A stretch of DNA of 64,000 nucleotides from the human T2T-CHM13v2.0 reference genome, Homo sapiens. Shown here piece by piece: positions 15,401-28,200 of this stretch. The stretch's first letter is position 1. Each line of letters begins with the position of its first letter. Below the pieces are notes generated by a model that saw only the letters and a list, made by a program, of their open reading frames with translations, was not told the DNA's origin and ran no database searches. The stretch lies in assembly GCF_009914755.1 (NCBI RefSeq), contig NC_060945.1. One strand, written 5' to 3'. The position numbers and the translations under genes are program-made.

Positions 15401-16587
15401 GAATGGAATGGAATGGAACGGAATCAACCTGAGTCAAATAGAATGGAATGGAATGGAATGGAAAGGAATGGAATGGATTTGAATGGAATGGAATGAATTG
15501 TAATAAACCCGAATGGAATGGAATGGAATGGAATGGAATAGAATGGAGTGGAATGGAATAAACACCAGTGGAATGCAATGGAATCGAATGGAATGGATTG
15601 GAATGGAATTGAATGGAATGGAATGGAATGGAATTAACCCGAGTGGAGTAGAATGGATTGGAATGGAATCAACCCCAGTGGAATGGAATGGAATGGAATG
15701 CAAGAGAATGGAATGGAATGGAATGGAATGGAATTGACTGAATCCGAGTGGAATTGAATGGAAGGGAATGCATTGCAAAGGAATGGAAAGGATTCAACCC
15801 GAGTGGAATGTAATGGATTGGAATGGAGTGGAATGGAATGGAATGCAATGGAATGGAATGGAATGGAATGGAATAGAATGGAAAGGAATGGAATGCAATC
15901 GAATGGAATGGAATGGAATGAAATGGAATAAACCCGAATGGAAAGGAATGTAATGGAAAGGAATGGAATGCAATGGAATGGAATGGAATGGAATGAAATG
16001 AAATGGAATAAACCCGAATGGAATGGAATGGAATGGAATGGAATGGAATGGAATGGAATGGAATGGAATTTACCCGAGTGGAATGGAATATAATGAAATT
16101 AAATTGAATGGAATGGAATGGAATGGAATGGAATGGAATGGAATGGAATGGAATCTACCCGAGTGGAATGGAATGGAATGGAATTTAACGGAATGGAATG
16201 GAAAAGAATGGTATGGAATCAACCCAAGAGGAATGGGATAGAATGGAATGTAATGGAACGGAATGGAATGGAATAAAATGGAATGGAATGGAATGGAAAC
16301 AACCCGAGTGGAATGGAATGGAATGAAATGGAATGGAATGGAATGGAAAGGAATACAACAAAATGGAAACAACCCGAGTGGAATGGCATGGAATGGAAAG
16401 GACTTGAATATAAAGGAATGGATTGGAATCAACCCGATTAGAAACTAATGGAATGGAATGAAATGGAGTGGAATGGAATGGAATGGAATGGAATGGAATG
16501 GAATGGAATGGAATTTACCCGAGTGGAATGGAATGTAATGAAATTAAATGCAATGGAATGGAATTGAATGGAATGGAATGGAATGGA
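9475..16587 (+). repeat. Left-domain higher-order unit A2 (~7.1 kb)
   Basis: Same marker order as A1. ORF-track duplicates such as 4969..5355 and 12452..12838 (offset 7483) are almost identical. The tail (15.2-16.6 kb) differs from the A1 tail. Confidence 0.85.
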
Positions 16588-19500
16588 ATCAACCTGAGTG
16601 GAACGGAATGGAATGGAATGGAATGGAATGGAATGGAATGGAATGGAATGGAATGGAATGGTATCAACCAGAGTGGAATGGAATGGAATTGAATGGAATG
16701 GAACGGAATAGAATGCAATGGAATCAACTGCAATGGAATGGAATTGAATGAAATGGAATGGAATCAACCTCAGTCAAATAGAATGGAATGGAATGGAATG
16801 GAATGGAATGGAATGGAAGGGAAAGGAACGGTTTGGAATCAACCCGAGTGGAATGGAATGGAATGGAATGGAATCCACCCGAGTGGAATGGAATGGAATG
16901 GATTGCAATGGAATTGAACGGAATATAATGGAATTAAATGGAATCATCCCGTGTGGAACGGAATGGTATCTAATGCAATGGAATGGAATGGAACAGAACG
17001 GAATGGAATGGAAGAATAGATTGAATCCAAGTGGAATTGAATGGAATGGAATGGATTGGAAAGGAATGGAATGGATTGCAATGGATTGGAATGGAATGGA
17101 ATGGATTCAACCCGAGTGGAATGTAATGGATTGGAATGGAATGGAATGGAATGGAATGGAATGGAATGGAATGGAATCAACACGAATGGAATGGAACGGA
17201 ATGGAATGGAATGGAATGGAATGGTATGGAATGAAATGGAAAGGAACGGAACAGAATCAACCCAAGTGGAATGGAATGGAAAGGAATGCAATTGAATGGA
17301 ATGGAATGGAATGGAATGGAATGGAATGCAATGGAATGGAATCAACCCGAGTGGAGTAGAATGGAATGGAATGGAATCAACCGCAGTGGAATGGAATGGA
17401 ATGGAATGCAATAGAATGGAATGGAATGGAATGGAATGGAATTCAATGGAATCAACCCGAGTGGAATGGAATGGTATGGAATGCAGTGGAATGGAGTGGA
17501 ACAGAACGGAATGGAATGGAATGGAAATGATTGAATCTGAGTGGAATTGAATGGAAGAGAAAGCATTGGAAAGGAATGGAAAGGATTCAACCCGAGTGGA
17601 ATGTAATGGATTGGAATGGAGTGGAATGTAATGGAATGGATTGGAATGGAATGGAATCAACACAAATGGAAAGGAATGGAATGGAATGGAATAGAATGGA
17701 AAGGAATGGAATGCAATGGAATGGAATGGAATGGAATGAAATGGAATAAACCTGAATGGAATGGAATGGAATGAATTGGAATAAACCCGAATGGAATGGA
17801 ATGGAATGGAATGGAATGGAATGGAATGGAGTGGAATGGAATAAACACCAGTGGAATGAAATGAAATGGAATGGAATGGTATGGAATGGAATGGAATGGA
17901 AAGGAATGAAATCAACCCCAGTATAATGGAACAGAATGGAAATGAATGCAATGGAATGGAAAGGAATGGAATCAACTGGAATGGAATTAAATGGAATGGA
18001 ATGGAGTGGAATGGAATGGAATGCATTGGAATCAACAAGAGTGAAATGCAATGGAATGGAATGGAATGGAATGGAATGGAATGGAATGGAATGGAATAGA
18101 ATGGAATCAACCCGAGTGGAGTGAAATCAAATGGAATGGAATGGAATGGAATCAACCTGAGTGGAACGGAATGGAATGGAATGGAATGGAATGGAATGGT
18201 ATCAACCAGAGTGGAATGGAATGGAATTGAATGGAATGGAATGGAATGGAATGCAATGGAATCAACTGGAATGGAATGGAATGGAATGGAATGGAACGGA
18301 ATGGAATGGAAACTACTGGAATGGAATGGAAACAACCCGAGTGGAATGGAATGCAATGAATGGAATGGAGTGGAATGGAATGGAATGGAATGGAATCAAC
18401 ACGAGTGTACTGCAACGGAATGAAATGGAATGGAATGGAATGGAATGGAATGGAATGGAATGGAACGGAATGGAACAGAACGGAATTGAATGGAATGGAA
18501 TCAACCCAAGTGGAAAGGAATGGAATGGAATGGAATGGAAGGAATGGAATGGAATGGAATGGAATAGCATGCAATCAACTTTGGTGGAATGGTATGGAAT
18601 GGTATGGTATGGAGTGGAATGGAATGGAATGGTATGGAATGGAATGGAATAAAAGGGCATGGAATGGAATGGAATTAACCCGAGAGGAATGGAATGGAAT
18701 GGAATGGAATGGAATGGAATGGAAGGAATGGAAATGAATCAAACCGAGTGGAATGGAATAGAATGGAATGGAATGGAATGGAAACAATGCAATGCAATTG
18801 TATCAACGGGAATGGAATGCATTGGAATGGAATGGAATGGAATCACCCTGAGTGGATAGGAATGGAATGGAAGGGAATGGAAAGGAATGGAATGGAATGG
18901 AAACTAATGGAATGGAATGGAAACAACCCGAGTGGAATGGAATGGAATGGAATGGAATGGAATGGAATGGAATGGAATGGAATACAACAAAATGGAAACA
19001 ACCCGAGTGGAATGGCATGGAATGGAAAGGACTTGAATATAATGGAATGGATTGGAATCAACCCGATTACAAACTAATGGAAAGCAATGGAATGGAATGG
19101 AATGGAATGGAATGGAATTTACCCGAGTGGAATGGAATGTAACGAAATTAAATGGAATGGAATGGAATGGAATGGAATGGAATACTACAAAATGGCAACA
19201 ATCCGAGTGGAATGGCATGGAATGGAAACGACCTGAATATAATGGAATGGATTGGAATCAACCCGATTAGAAACTAATGGAATGGAATGGAATGGAATGG
19301 AAACTACCCGAGTGGAATGGAATGTAATGGAATGGAGTGGAATGGAATGGAATGGAATGGAATGGAATGGAATGGAATGGAACAGAATCGAATCCAATGG
19401 AATCAACTGGAATGGAATGGAATGCAATGGAATGGAATGGAATGGAATGGAATGGGATCAATCCGGGTGGAATGGAATAGAATATAATGATGTGGAATGG

Positions 19501-22250
19501 AATGGAAGGGAGTGGAATGGAGTTGAATGGAATGGAATGGAATGGAATCAACCCGAATGGAATGGAACGGAATGGAATGGAATGGAATGGAATGGAATGG
19601 AATGGAATGGAATGGAATGGAGTCCACCCGAGGTGAATGGAATGGAATGGAATGGAACGGAATATAATGGAATGGAACGGAATCATCCCGAGTGGAATGG
19701 AATGGTATGGAATTCAATAGAATGGAATGGAACAGAACGGAATGAAATGGAATGGAATAGATTGAATGCGAGTGGAATTGAATGGAATGGAACGGATTGG
19801 AATGGAATGGAATGGACTGGAGTGGAATGGAATGGAATCAACACGAATGGGATGGAACGGAATGGAATGGAATGGAAAGGAACGGAATGGAATCAACCCG
19901 AGTGGAATGGAATGGAATGGAATGGAATCCACCCGAGTGGAATGGAATCGAATGGAATGCAATGGAATTGAACGGAATATAATGGAATTAAAAGGAATCA
20001 TCCCGAGTGGAATGGAATGGAATCTAATGCAATGGTATCTAATGCAATGGAATGGAATGAAACAGAACGGAAAGGAATGGAAAGAATAGATTGAATCCAA
20101 GTGGAATTGAATGGAATGGAATGGATTGGAAAGGAATGGAATGGATTGGAATGGATTGGAATGGAAAGGAATGTATTCAACCATTGTGGAATGTAATGGA
20201 TTGGAATGGAATGGAATGGAATGGAATGGAATGGAATGGAATGCAATGGAATCAACACGAATGGAATGGAACGGAATGGAATGGAATGGAATGGTATGGA
20301 ATGAAATGGAAAGGAACGGAATAGAATCAACCAAAGTGGAATGGAATGGAATGGAATGGAAGGGAATCAACACGAGTGGAATGGAGTGGAAAGGAATGCA
20401 ATGGAATGGAAAGGAATGGAATGGAATGGAAAGGAATGGAATGGAATGGAATGGAATGGAATGGAATGGAATCAACTCGAGTGGAGTAGAATGGAATGGA
20501 ATGGAATCAACCCCAGTGGAATGGAATGGAATCGAATGGAATGGAATGGAATAAAAGGGCATGGAATAGAACGGAATCAACCTGAATGGAAAGGAACGGA
20601 ATGGAGTGGAATGGTATGGAATGGAATGGAAACTACTGGAATGGAATGGAAACAACCCGAGTGGAATGGAATGCAATGGAATGGAATGGAGGGGAATGGA
20701 TTGGAATGGAATGGAATCAGCACGAGTGGACTGCAACGGAATGAAATGGAATGGAATGGAATGGAATGGAATGGAACGGAACGGAACGGAACGGAATTGA
20801 ATGGAATGGAATCAACCCAAGGGGAAAGGAATGGAATGGAATGGAATGGAATGGAATGGAATGGAATGGAATGGAAGAGTATGCAATCAAATTTGGTGGA
20901 ATGGTATGGAATGGTATGGAATGGAATGGAATGGAATGGTATGGAATGGAATGGAATAAAAGGGCATGGAATGGAATGAAATCAACCCGACAGGAATGGA
21001 AAGGAATGGAATGGAATGGAATGGAATGGAATGGAATGGAATGGAATGGAAATGAATCAAACCGAGTGGAATGGAACGGAATGGCATGGAAACAATGCAA
21101 TGCAATGGTATCAACGGGAATGGAATGCATTGGAATGGAATGGAATGGAATCATCCTGAGTGGATAGGATTGGAATGAAAGGGAATGGAAAGGAATGGAA
21201 TGGAATGGAAACTAATGGAATGGAATGGAAACAACCCGAGTGGAATGGAATGGAATGGAATGGAATGGAATGGAATGGAATACAACAAAATGGAAACAAC
21301 CCGAGTGGAATGGCATGGAATGGAAAGGACTTGAATATAATGGAATGGATTGGAATCAACCCGATTAGAAACTAATGGAATTGAATGGAATGGAATGGAA
21401 TAGAATGGAATGGAATGGAATGGCATGGAATCTACCCGAGTGGAATGGAATTGAATGGAATTTAATGGAATGGAATGGAATAGAATGGTATGGAATCAAC
21501 CCGAGTGGAATGGTATAGAATGGAACGTAATGGAACGGAATGGAATGGAATAAAACAGAATGGAATGGAATGGAAACAACCCGAGTGGAATGGAATGGAA
21601 TGGAATGGAGTGGAATGGAATGGAATGGAATGGAGTGGAATGGAATGGAATAGAATGGAATGGAATAGAATGGAATGGAATGAAATGGAATAGAATGAAA
21701 TGGAAAGGAATGGAATGGAAATAACCCGAGTGGAATGGAATGGAATGGAATGGAATGGAATGGAATGGAATGGAATGGAATCAACCCGAGTTAAATGGAA
21801 TGGAATGGAATGGAACGGAATATAATGGAATGGAACGGAATCATCCCTACTGGAATGGAATGGTATGGAATGCAATGGAATGGAGTGGAACAGAACGGAA
21901 TGGAATGGAATGGAATTGATTGAAACCGAGTGGAATTGAATGGAAGGGAATGCATTGGAAAGGAATGGAAAGGATTCAACCCGAGTGGAATGTAATGGAT
22001 TGGAATGGAGTGGAATGGAATGGAATGGAATAGAATGGAATGGAATCAACACAAATGGAATGGAATGGAATGGAATGGAATGGAATAGAATGGAAAGGAA
22101 TGGAATGCAAAGGAATGGAATGGAATGGAATGAAATGGAATAAACCCGAATGGAATGGAATGGAATGGAATGGAATGGAATGGAATGGAATGGAATGGAA
22201 TGGAATGGAGTGGAATGGAATAAACACCAGTTTAATGAAATGGAATGGAA
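16588..22250 (+). repeat. Left-domain higher-order unit A3 (shared core, ~5.7 kb)
   Basis: Same marker order as A1/A2 up to ACCAGTTTAATGAAA (~7466/14984/22226), after which it switches to a different module. Confidence 0.8.
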
Positions 22251-25245
22251 TGGAATGGAATGGAATACAACAAAATGGAAACAACCCGAGTGGAATGGCA
22301 TGGAATGAAAAGGATTGAATATAATGGAATGGATTGGAATCAACCCGATTAGAAACTAATGGAATGGAATGGAATGGAATGGAATGGAATGGAATGGAAT
22401 GGAATGGAATGGAATCTAACCTAGTGGAATGGAAAGGAATGGAATTTAAAGAAATGAAATGGAATGGAATGGAACAGAATTGAATGGAATGGAATGGAAT
22501 GGAATCTACCCGAGTGAAATGGAATGGAATGGAATTTAATGGAATGGAATGGTATAGAATGTAATGGAATCAACCCCAGTGGAATGGTATAGAATGTAAT
22601 GTAATGGAATGGAATGGAATAAAATGGAATGGAATGGAAACAACCCGAGTGGAATGGAATGGAATAACCGGAGAGGAATGGAATGGAATGGAGTGGAATG
22701 GAATGGAATAGAATGGAATAGAAAGGAATGGAATAGAATGAAATTGAAAGGAATGGAATGGAAACCACCCGAGTGGAATGGAATGGAATGGAATGGAATG
22801 CAATGGAATCAACCCGAGTGGAATGGAAAGGAATGGAATGGAACGGAATATAATGGAATGGAATGGAAACATCCCGAGTGGAATGGAATGGTATGGAATG
22901 CAATTGAATGGTATGGAACAGAACGGAATGAAATGGAATGCAATAGATTGATTGCGAGTGGAATTGAATGGAATGGAATGGATTGGAATGGAATGGAAAG
23001 GATTGGAGTGGAATGGAATGGAATCAACAAGAATGGAATGGAAAGGAATGGAATGGAATGGAATGGAATGGAATGGAATGGTAAGGAACAGAATGGAAAC
23101 AACCCGAGTGGAATGGAATGGAATGGACTGTAATCCACCCGAGTGGAATGGAATGTAATGGAATTGAACGGAATATAATGGAATTGAATGGAATCATCCC
23201 GAGTCGAATGGAATGGTATCTAATGCAATGGAATGGAATGGAACAGAACGGAATGGAATGGAAAGAATAGATTGAATCCAAGTGGAATTGAATGGAATGA
23301 AATGGATTGGAAAGGAATGGAATGGATTGGAATGGAAAGGAATGGATTCAACACGAGTGGAATGTAATGGATTGGAATGGAGTGGAATGGAATAGAATGG
23401 AATCAACACGAATGGAATGGAACGGAATGGAATGGAATGGAATGGAATGCTATGGAATGAAATGGAAAGGAACGGAATAGAATCAACCCAAGTGTAATGG
23501 AATGGAAGGGAATTGAAGGGAATCAACACGAGTGGAACGGAATGGAAAGGAATGCAATGGAATGGAATGGAATGGAATGGAATGGAATGGAATGGAAGGG
23601 AATGGAATGGAACGGAAAGGAATCAACCCAAGAGGAGTGGAATGGAATAGAATGGAACCAACCCGAGTGGAATGGAATGCTATGGAATTCAATGGAATGG
23701 AGTGGAACAGAACTGAATGATATGAAATGGAATTGATTGAATCCGAGTGGAATTGAACGGAAGGGAACGGATTGGAATGGAATGGAAAGGATTCAACACG
23801 AGTGGAATGTAATGGAATGGAGTGGAGTGGAATGGAATGGTATGGAATGTAATGGAATGGAATGGAATGGAATGAAATGGAATAAACCCGAATGCAATGG
23901 AATGGATTGGAATGGAATGGAATGGAATGCAATGGAATGGAATGGAATGAAATGGAAAGGAGTGCAATGGAATAAACACCAGTGGAACGAAATGGAATGG
24001 AATGAAATGGAATGGAACGGTATGGAATGGAATGGAATGGAATGCAATGGAGTGAAATCAAACCAAGTAGAATGGAACGGAATGGAATGGAATGGAATGG
24101 AATAGAAAGGAATGGAATCAACTGGAATGGAATGAAATGGAATGGCATGGAGTGGAATGGAATGCAGTGCAATGGAATCAACAAGAGTGGAATGCAATGG
24201 AATGGAATGGAATGGAATGAAATGTAATGGAGTGGAATGGAATGGAATGGAATCAACCCGAGTGGAGTGGAATAAAATGGAATGGAATGGAATGGAATCA
24301 ACCTGAGTGGAACGGAATGGAATGGAATGGAACGGAGTGGAATGGTATCAACCAGAGTGGACTGGAATGGAATGGAATGGAATAGAATGGAACGGAATGG
24401 AATGGAATGGAATGGAATGGAAACTACTGGAATGGAATGGAGACAACCCGAGTGGAATAGAATGCAATGGAATGGAATGGAGTGGAATGGAATGGAATGG
24501 AATGGAATCAACCCGACTGGAATGGAATGGAATGGAAAGGAATGAAAGGAATGCAATGGAATGGAATGGTATGGAATGCAATGGGAAGGAATTGAATGGA
24601 ATGGAACGGAATGGAACGGAACGGAGTGGAATCGAATGGACCCCAATGGAATGGAATGGAATGGAATGGATTGGAATGGAATGGAACCGAATTAACACGA
24701 GTGGAATGGAATGTAATGGAATGGAGCGGAATGGAGTGGAAAGGAATGGAATGGAATGGAATGGAATGGAATGGAATCAACCCGAGTGGAATGGAATGGA
24801 ATGGAACGCAATGGAATGGAATGGTATGGAATCAACCCTAGTGGAATGGTATGGAATGGAATGGAACGGAACGGAATGGAATGGAATCAACCCGAATGGA
24901 ATGGAACGGAGTGCAGTGGAATGGTACGGAATGGAATGGAATGGAAAGGAATCAACCCGAAGGGTTTGGAATGGAATGGAATGGAATGGAATGGAATGGA
25001 ATGGAATAACATGCAATCAACTTTGGTGGAATGGTATAGAATGGAATAACATACAATCAACTTTGGTGGAATGGTATGGAATGGAATGGAATGGAATAAA
25101 AGGGCATGGAATGGAATGGAATCAACGCGAATGGAATGGAACGGAATGGAGTGGAATGGTATGGAATGGAATGGAATGGAAAGGAATCAACCTGAAATGT
25201 ATGGAATGGAATGGAATGGAATGGAATGGAATGGAATGGAATGGA
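18245..25245 (+). repeat. ~7.0 kb near-identical tandem duplication, copy 1
   Basis: ORF pairs at offsets of 7000-7010: 19766/26776, 20091/27101, 21160/28170, 22609/29619, 23737/30742 and 24282/31287. Private words CCATTGTGG, AATCAGCACGAG, AAGAGTATGC and TTTAAAGAAATGAA are shared. Confidence 0.93.
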
Positions 25246-28200
25246 ATGGAATGCAATGGAATCAACTGGAATGGAATGGAATGGAATGGAATGGAACGGA
25301 ATGGAATGGAAACTACTGGAATGGAATGGAAACAACCCGAGTGGAATGGAATGCAATGAATGGAATGGAGTGGAATGGAATGGAATGGAATGGAATCAAC
25401 ACGAGTGTACTGCAACGGAATGAAATGGAATGGAATGGAATGGAATGGAATGGAATGGAATGGAACGGAATGGAACAGAACGGAATTGAATGGAATGGAA
25501 TCAACCCAAGTGGAAAGGAATGGAATGGAATGGAATGGAAGGAATGGAATGGAATGGAATGGAATAGCATGCAATCAACTTTGGTGGAATGGTATGGAAT
25601 GGTATGGTATGGAGTGGAATGGAATGGAATGGTATGGAATGGAATGGAATAAAAGGGCATGGAATGGAATGGAATTAACCCGAGAGGAATGGAATGGAAT
25701 GGAATGGAATGGAATGGAAGGAATGGAAATGAATCAAACCGAGTGGAATGGAATAGAATGGAATGGAATGGAATGGAAACAATGCAATGCAATTGTATCA
25801 ACGGGAATGGAATGCATTGGAATGGAATGGAATGGAATCACCCTGAGTGGATAGGAATGGAATGGAAGGGAATGGAAAGGAATGGAATGGAATGGAAACT
25901 AATGGAATGGAATGGAAACAACCCGAGTGGAATGGAATGGAATGGAATGGAATGGAATGGAATGGAATGGAATGAAATGGAATGGAATGGAATACAACAA
26001 AATGGAAACAACCCGAGTGGAATGGCATGGAATGGAAAGGACTTGAATATAATGGAATGGATTGGAATCAACCCGATTACAAACTAATGGAAAGCAATGG
26101 AATGGAATGGAATGGAATGGAATGGAATTTACCCGAGTGGAATGGAATGTAACGAAATTAAATGGAATGGAATGGAATGGAATGGAATGGAATACTACAA
26201 AATGGCAACAATCCGAGTGGAATGGCATGGAATGGAAACGACCTGAATATAATGGAATGGATTGGAATCAACCCGATTAGAAACTAATGGAATGGAATGG
26301 AATGGAATGGAAACTACCCGAGTGGAATGGAATGTAATGGAATGGAGTGGAATGGAATGGAATGGAATGGAATGGAATGGAATGGAATGGAACAGAATCG
26401 AATCCAATGGAATCAACTGGAATGGAATGGAATGCAATGGAATGGAATGGAATGGAATGGAATGGAATGGGATCAATCCGGGTGGAATGGAATAGAATAT
26501 AATGATGTGGAATGGAATGGAAGGGAGTGGAATGGAGTTGAATGGAATGGAATGGAATGGAATCAACCCGAATGGAATGGAACGGAATGGAATGGAATGG
26601 AATGGAATGGAATGGAATGGAATGGAATGGAGTCCACCCGAGGTGAATGGAATGGAATGGAATGGAACGGAATATAATGGAATGGAACGGAATCATCCCG
26701 AGTGGAATGGAATGGTATGGAATTCAATAGAATGGAATGGAACAGAACGGAATGAAATGGAATGGAATAGATTGAATGCGAGTGGAATTGAATGGAATGG
26801 AACGGATTGGAATGGAATGGAATGGACTGGAGTGGAATGGAATGGAATCAACACGAATGGGATGGAACGGAATGGAATGGAATGGAAAGGAACGGAATGG
26901 AATCAACCCGAGTGGAATGGAATGGAATGGAATGGAATCCACCCGAGTGGAATGGAATCGAATGGAATGCAATGGAATTGAACGGAATATAATGGAATTA
27001 AAAGGAATCATCCCGAGTGGAATGGAATGGAATCTAATGCAATGGTATCTAATGCAATGGAATGGAATGAAACAGAACGGAAAGGAATGGAAAGAATAGA
27101 TTGAATCCAAGTGGAATTGAATGGAATGGAATGGATTGGAAAGGAATGGAATGGATTGGAATGGATTGGAATGGAAAGGAATGTATTCAACCATTGTGGA
27201 ATGTAATGGATTGGAATGGAATGGAATGGAATGGAATGGAATGGAATGGAATGCAATGGAATCAACACGAATGGAATGGAACGGAATGGAATGGAATGGA
27301 ATGGTATGGAATGAAATGGAAAGGAACGGAATAGAATCAACCAAAGTGGAATGGAATGGAATGGAATGGAAGGGAATCAACACGAGTGGAATGGAGTGGA
27401 AAGGAATGCAATGGAATGGAAAGGAATGGAATGGAATGGAAAGGAATGGAATGGAATGGAATGGAATGGAATGGAATGGAATCAACTCGAGTGGAGTAGA
27501 ATGGAATGGAATGGAATCAACCCCAGTGGAATGGAATGGAATCGAATGGAATGGAATGGAATAAAAGGGCATGGAATAGAACGGAATCAACCTGAATGGA
27601 AAGGAACGGAATGGAGTGGAATGGTATGGAATGGAATGGAAACTACTGGAATGGAATGGAAACAACCCGAGTGGAATGGAATGCAATGGAATGGAATGGA
27701 GGGGAATGGATTGGAATGGAATGGAATCAGCACGAGTGGACTGCAACGGAATGAAATGGAATGGAATGGAATGGAATGGAATGGAATGGAACGGAACGGA
27801 ACGGAACGGAATTGAATGGAATGGAATCAACCCAAGGGGAAAGGAATGGAATGGAATGGAATGGAATGGAATGGAATGGAATGGAATGGAAGAGTATGCA
27901 ATCAAATTTGGTGGAATGGTATGGAATGGTATGGAATGGAATGGAATGGAATGGTATGGAATGGAATGGAATAAAAGGGCATGGAATGGAATGAAATCAA
28001 CCCGACAGGAATGGAAAGGAATGGAATGGAATGGAATGGAATGGAATGGAATGGAATGGAAATGAATCAAACCGAGTGGAATGGAACGGAATGGCATGGA
28101 AACAATGCAATGCAATGGTATCAACGGGAATGGAATGCATTGGAATGGAATGGAATGGAATCATCCTGAGTGGATAGGATTGGAATGAAAGGGAATGGAA

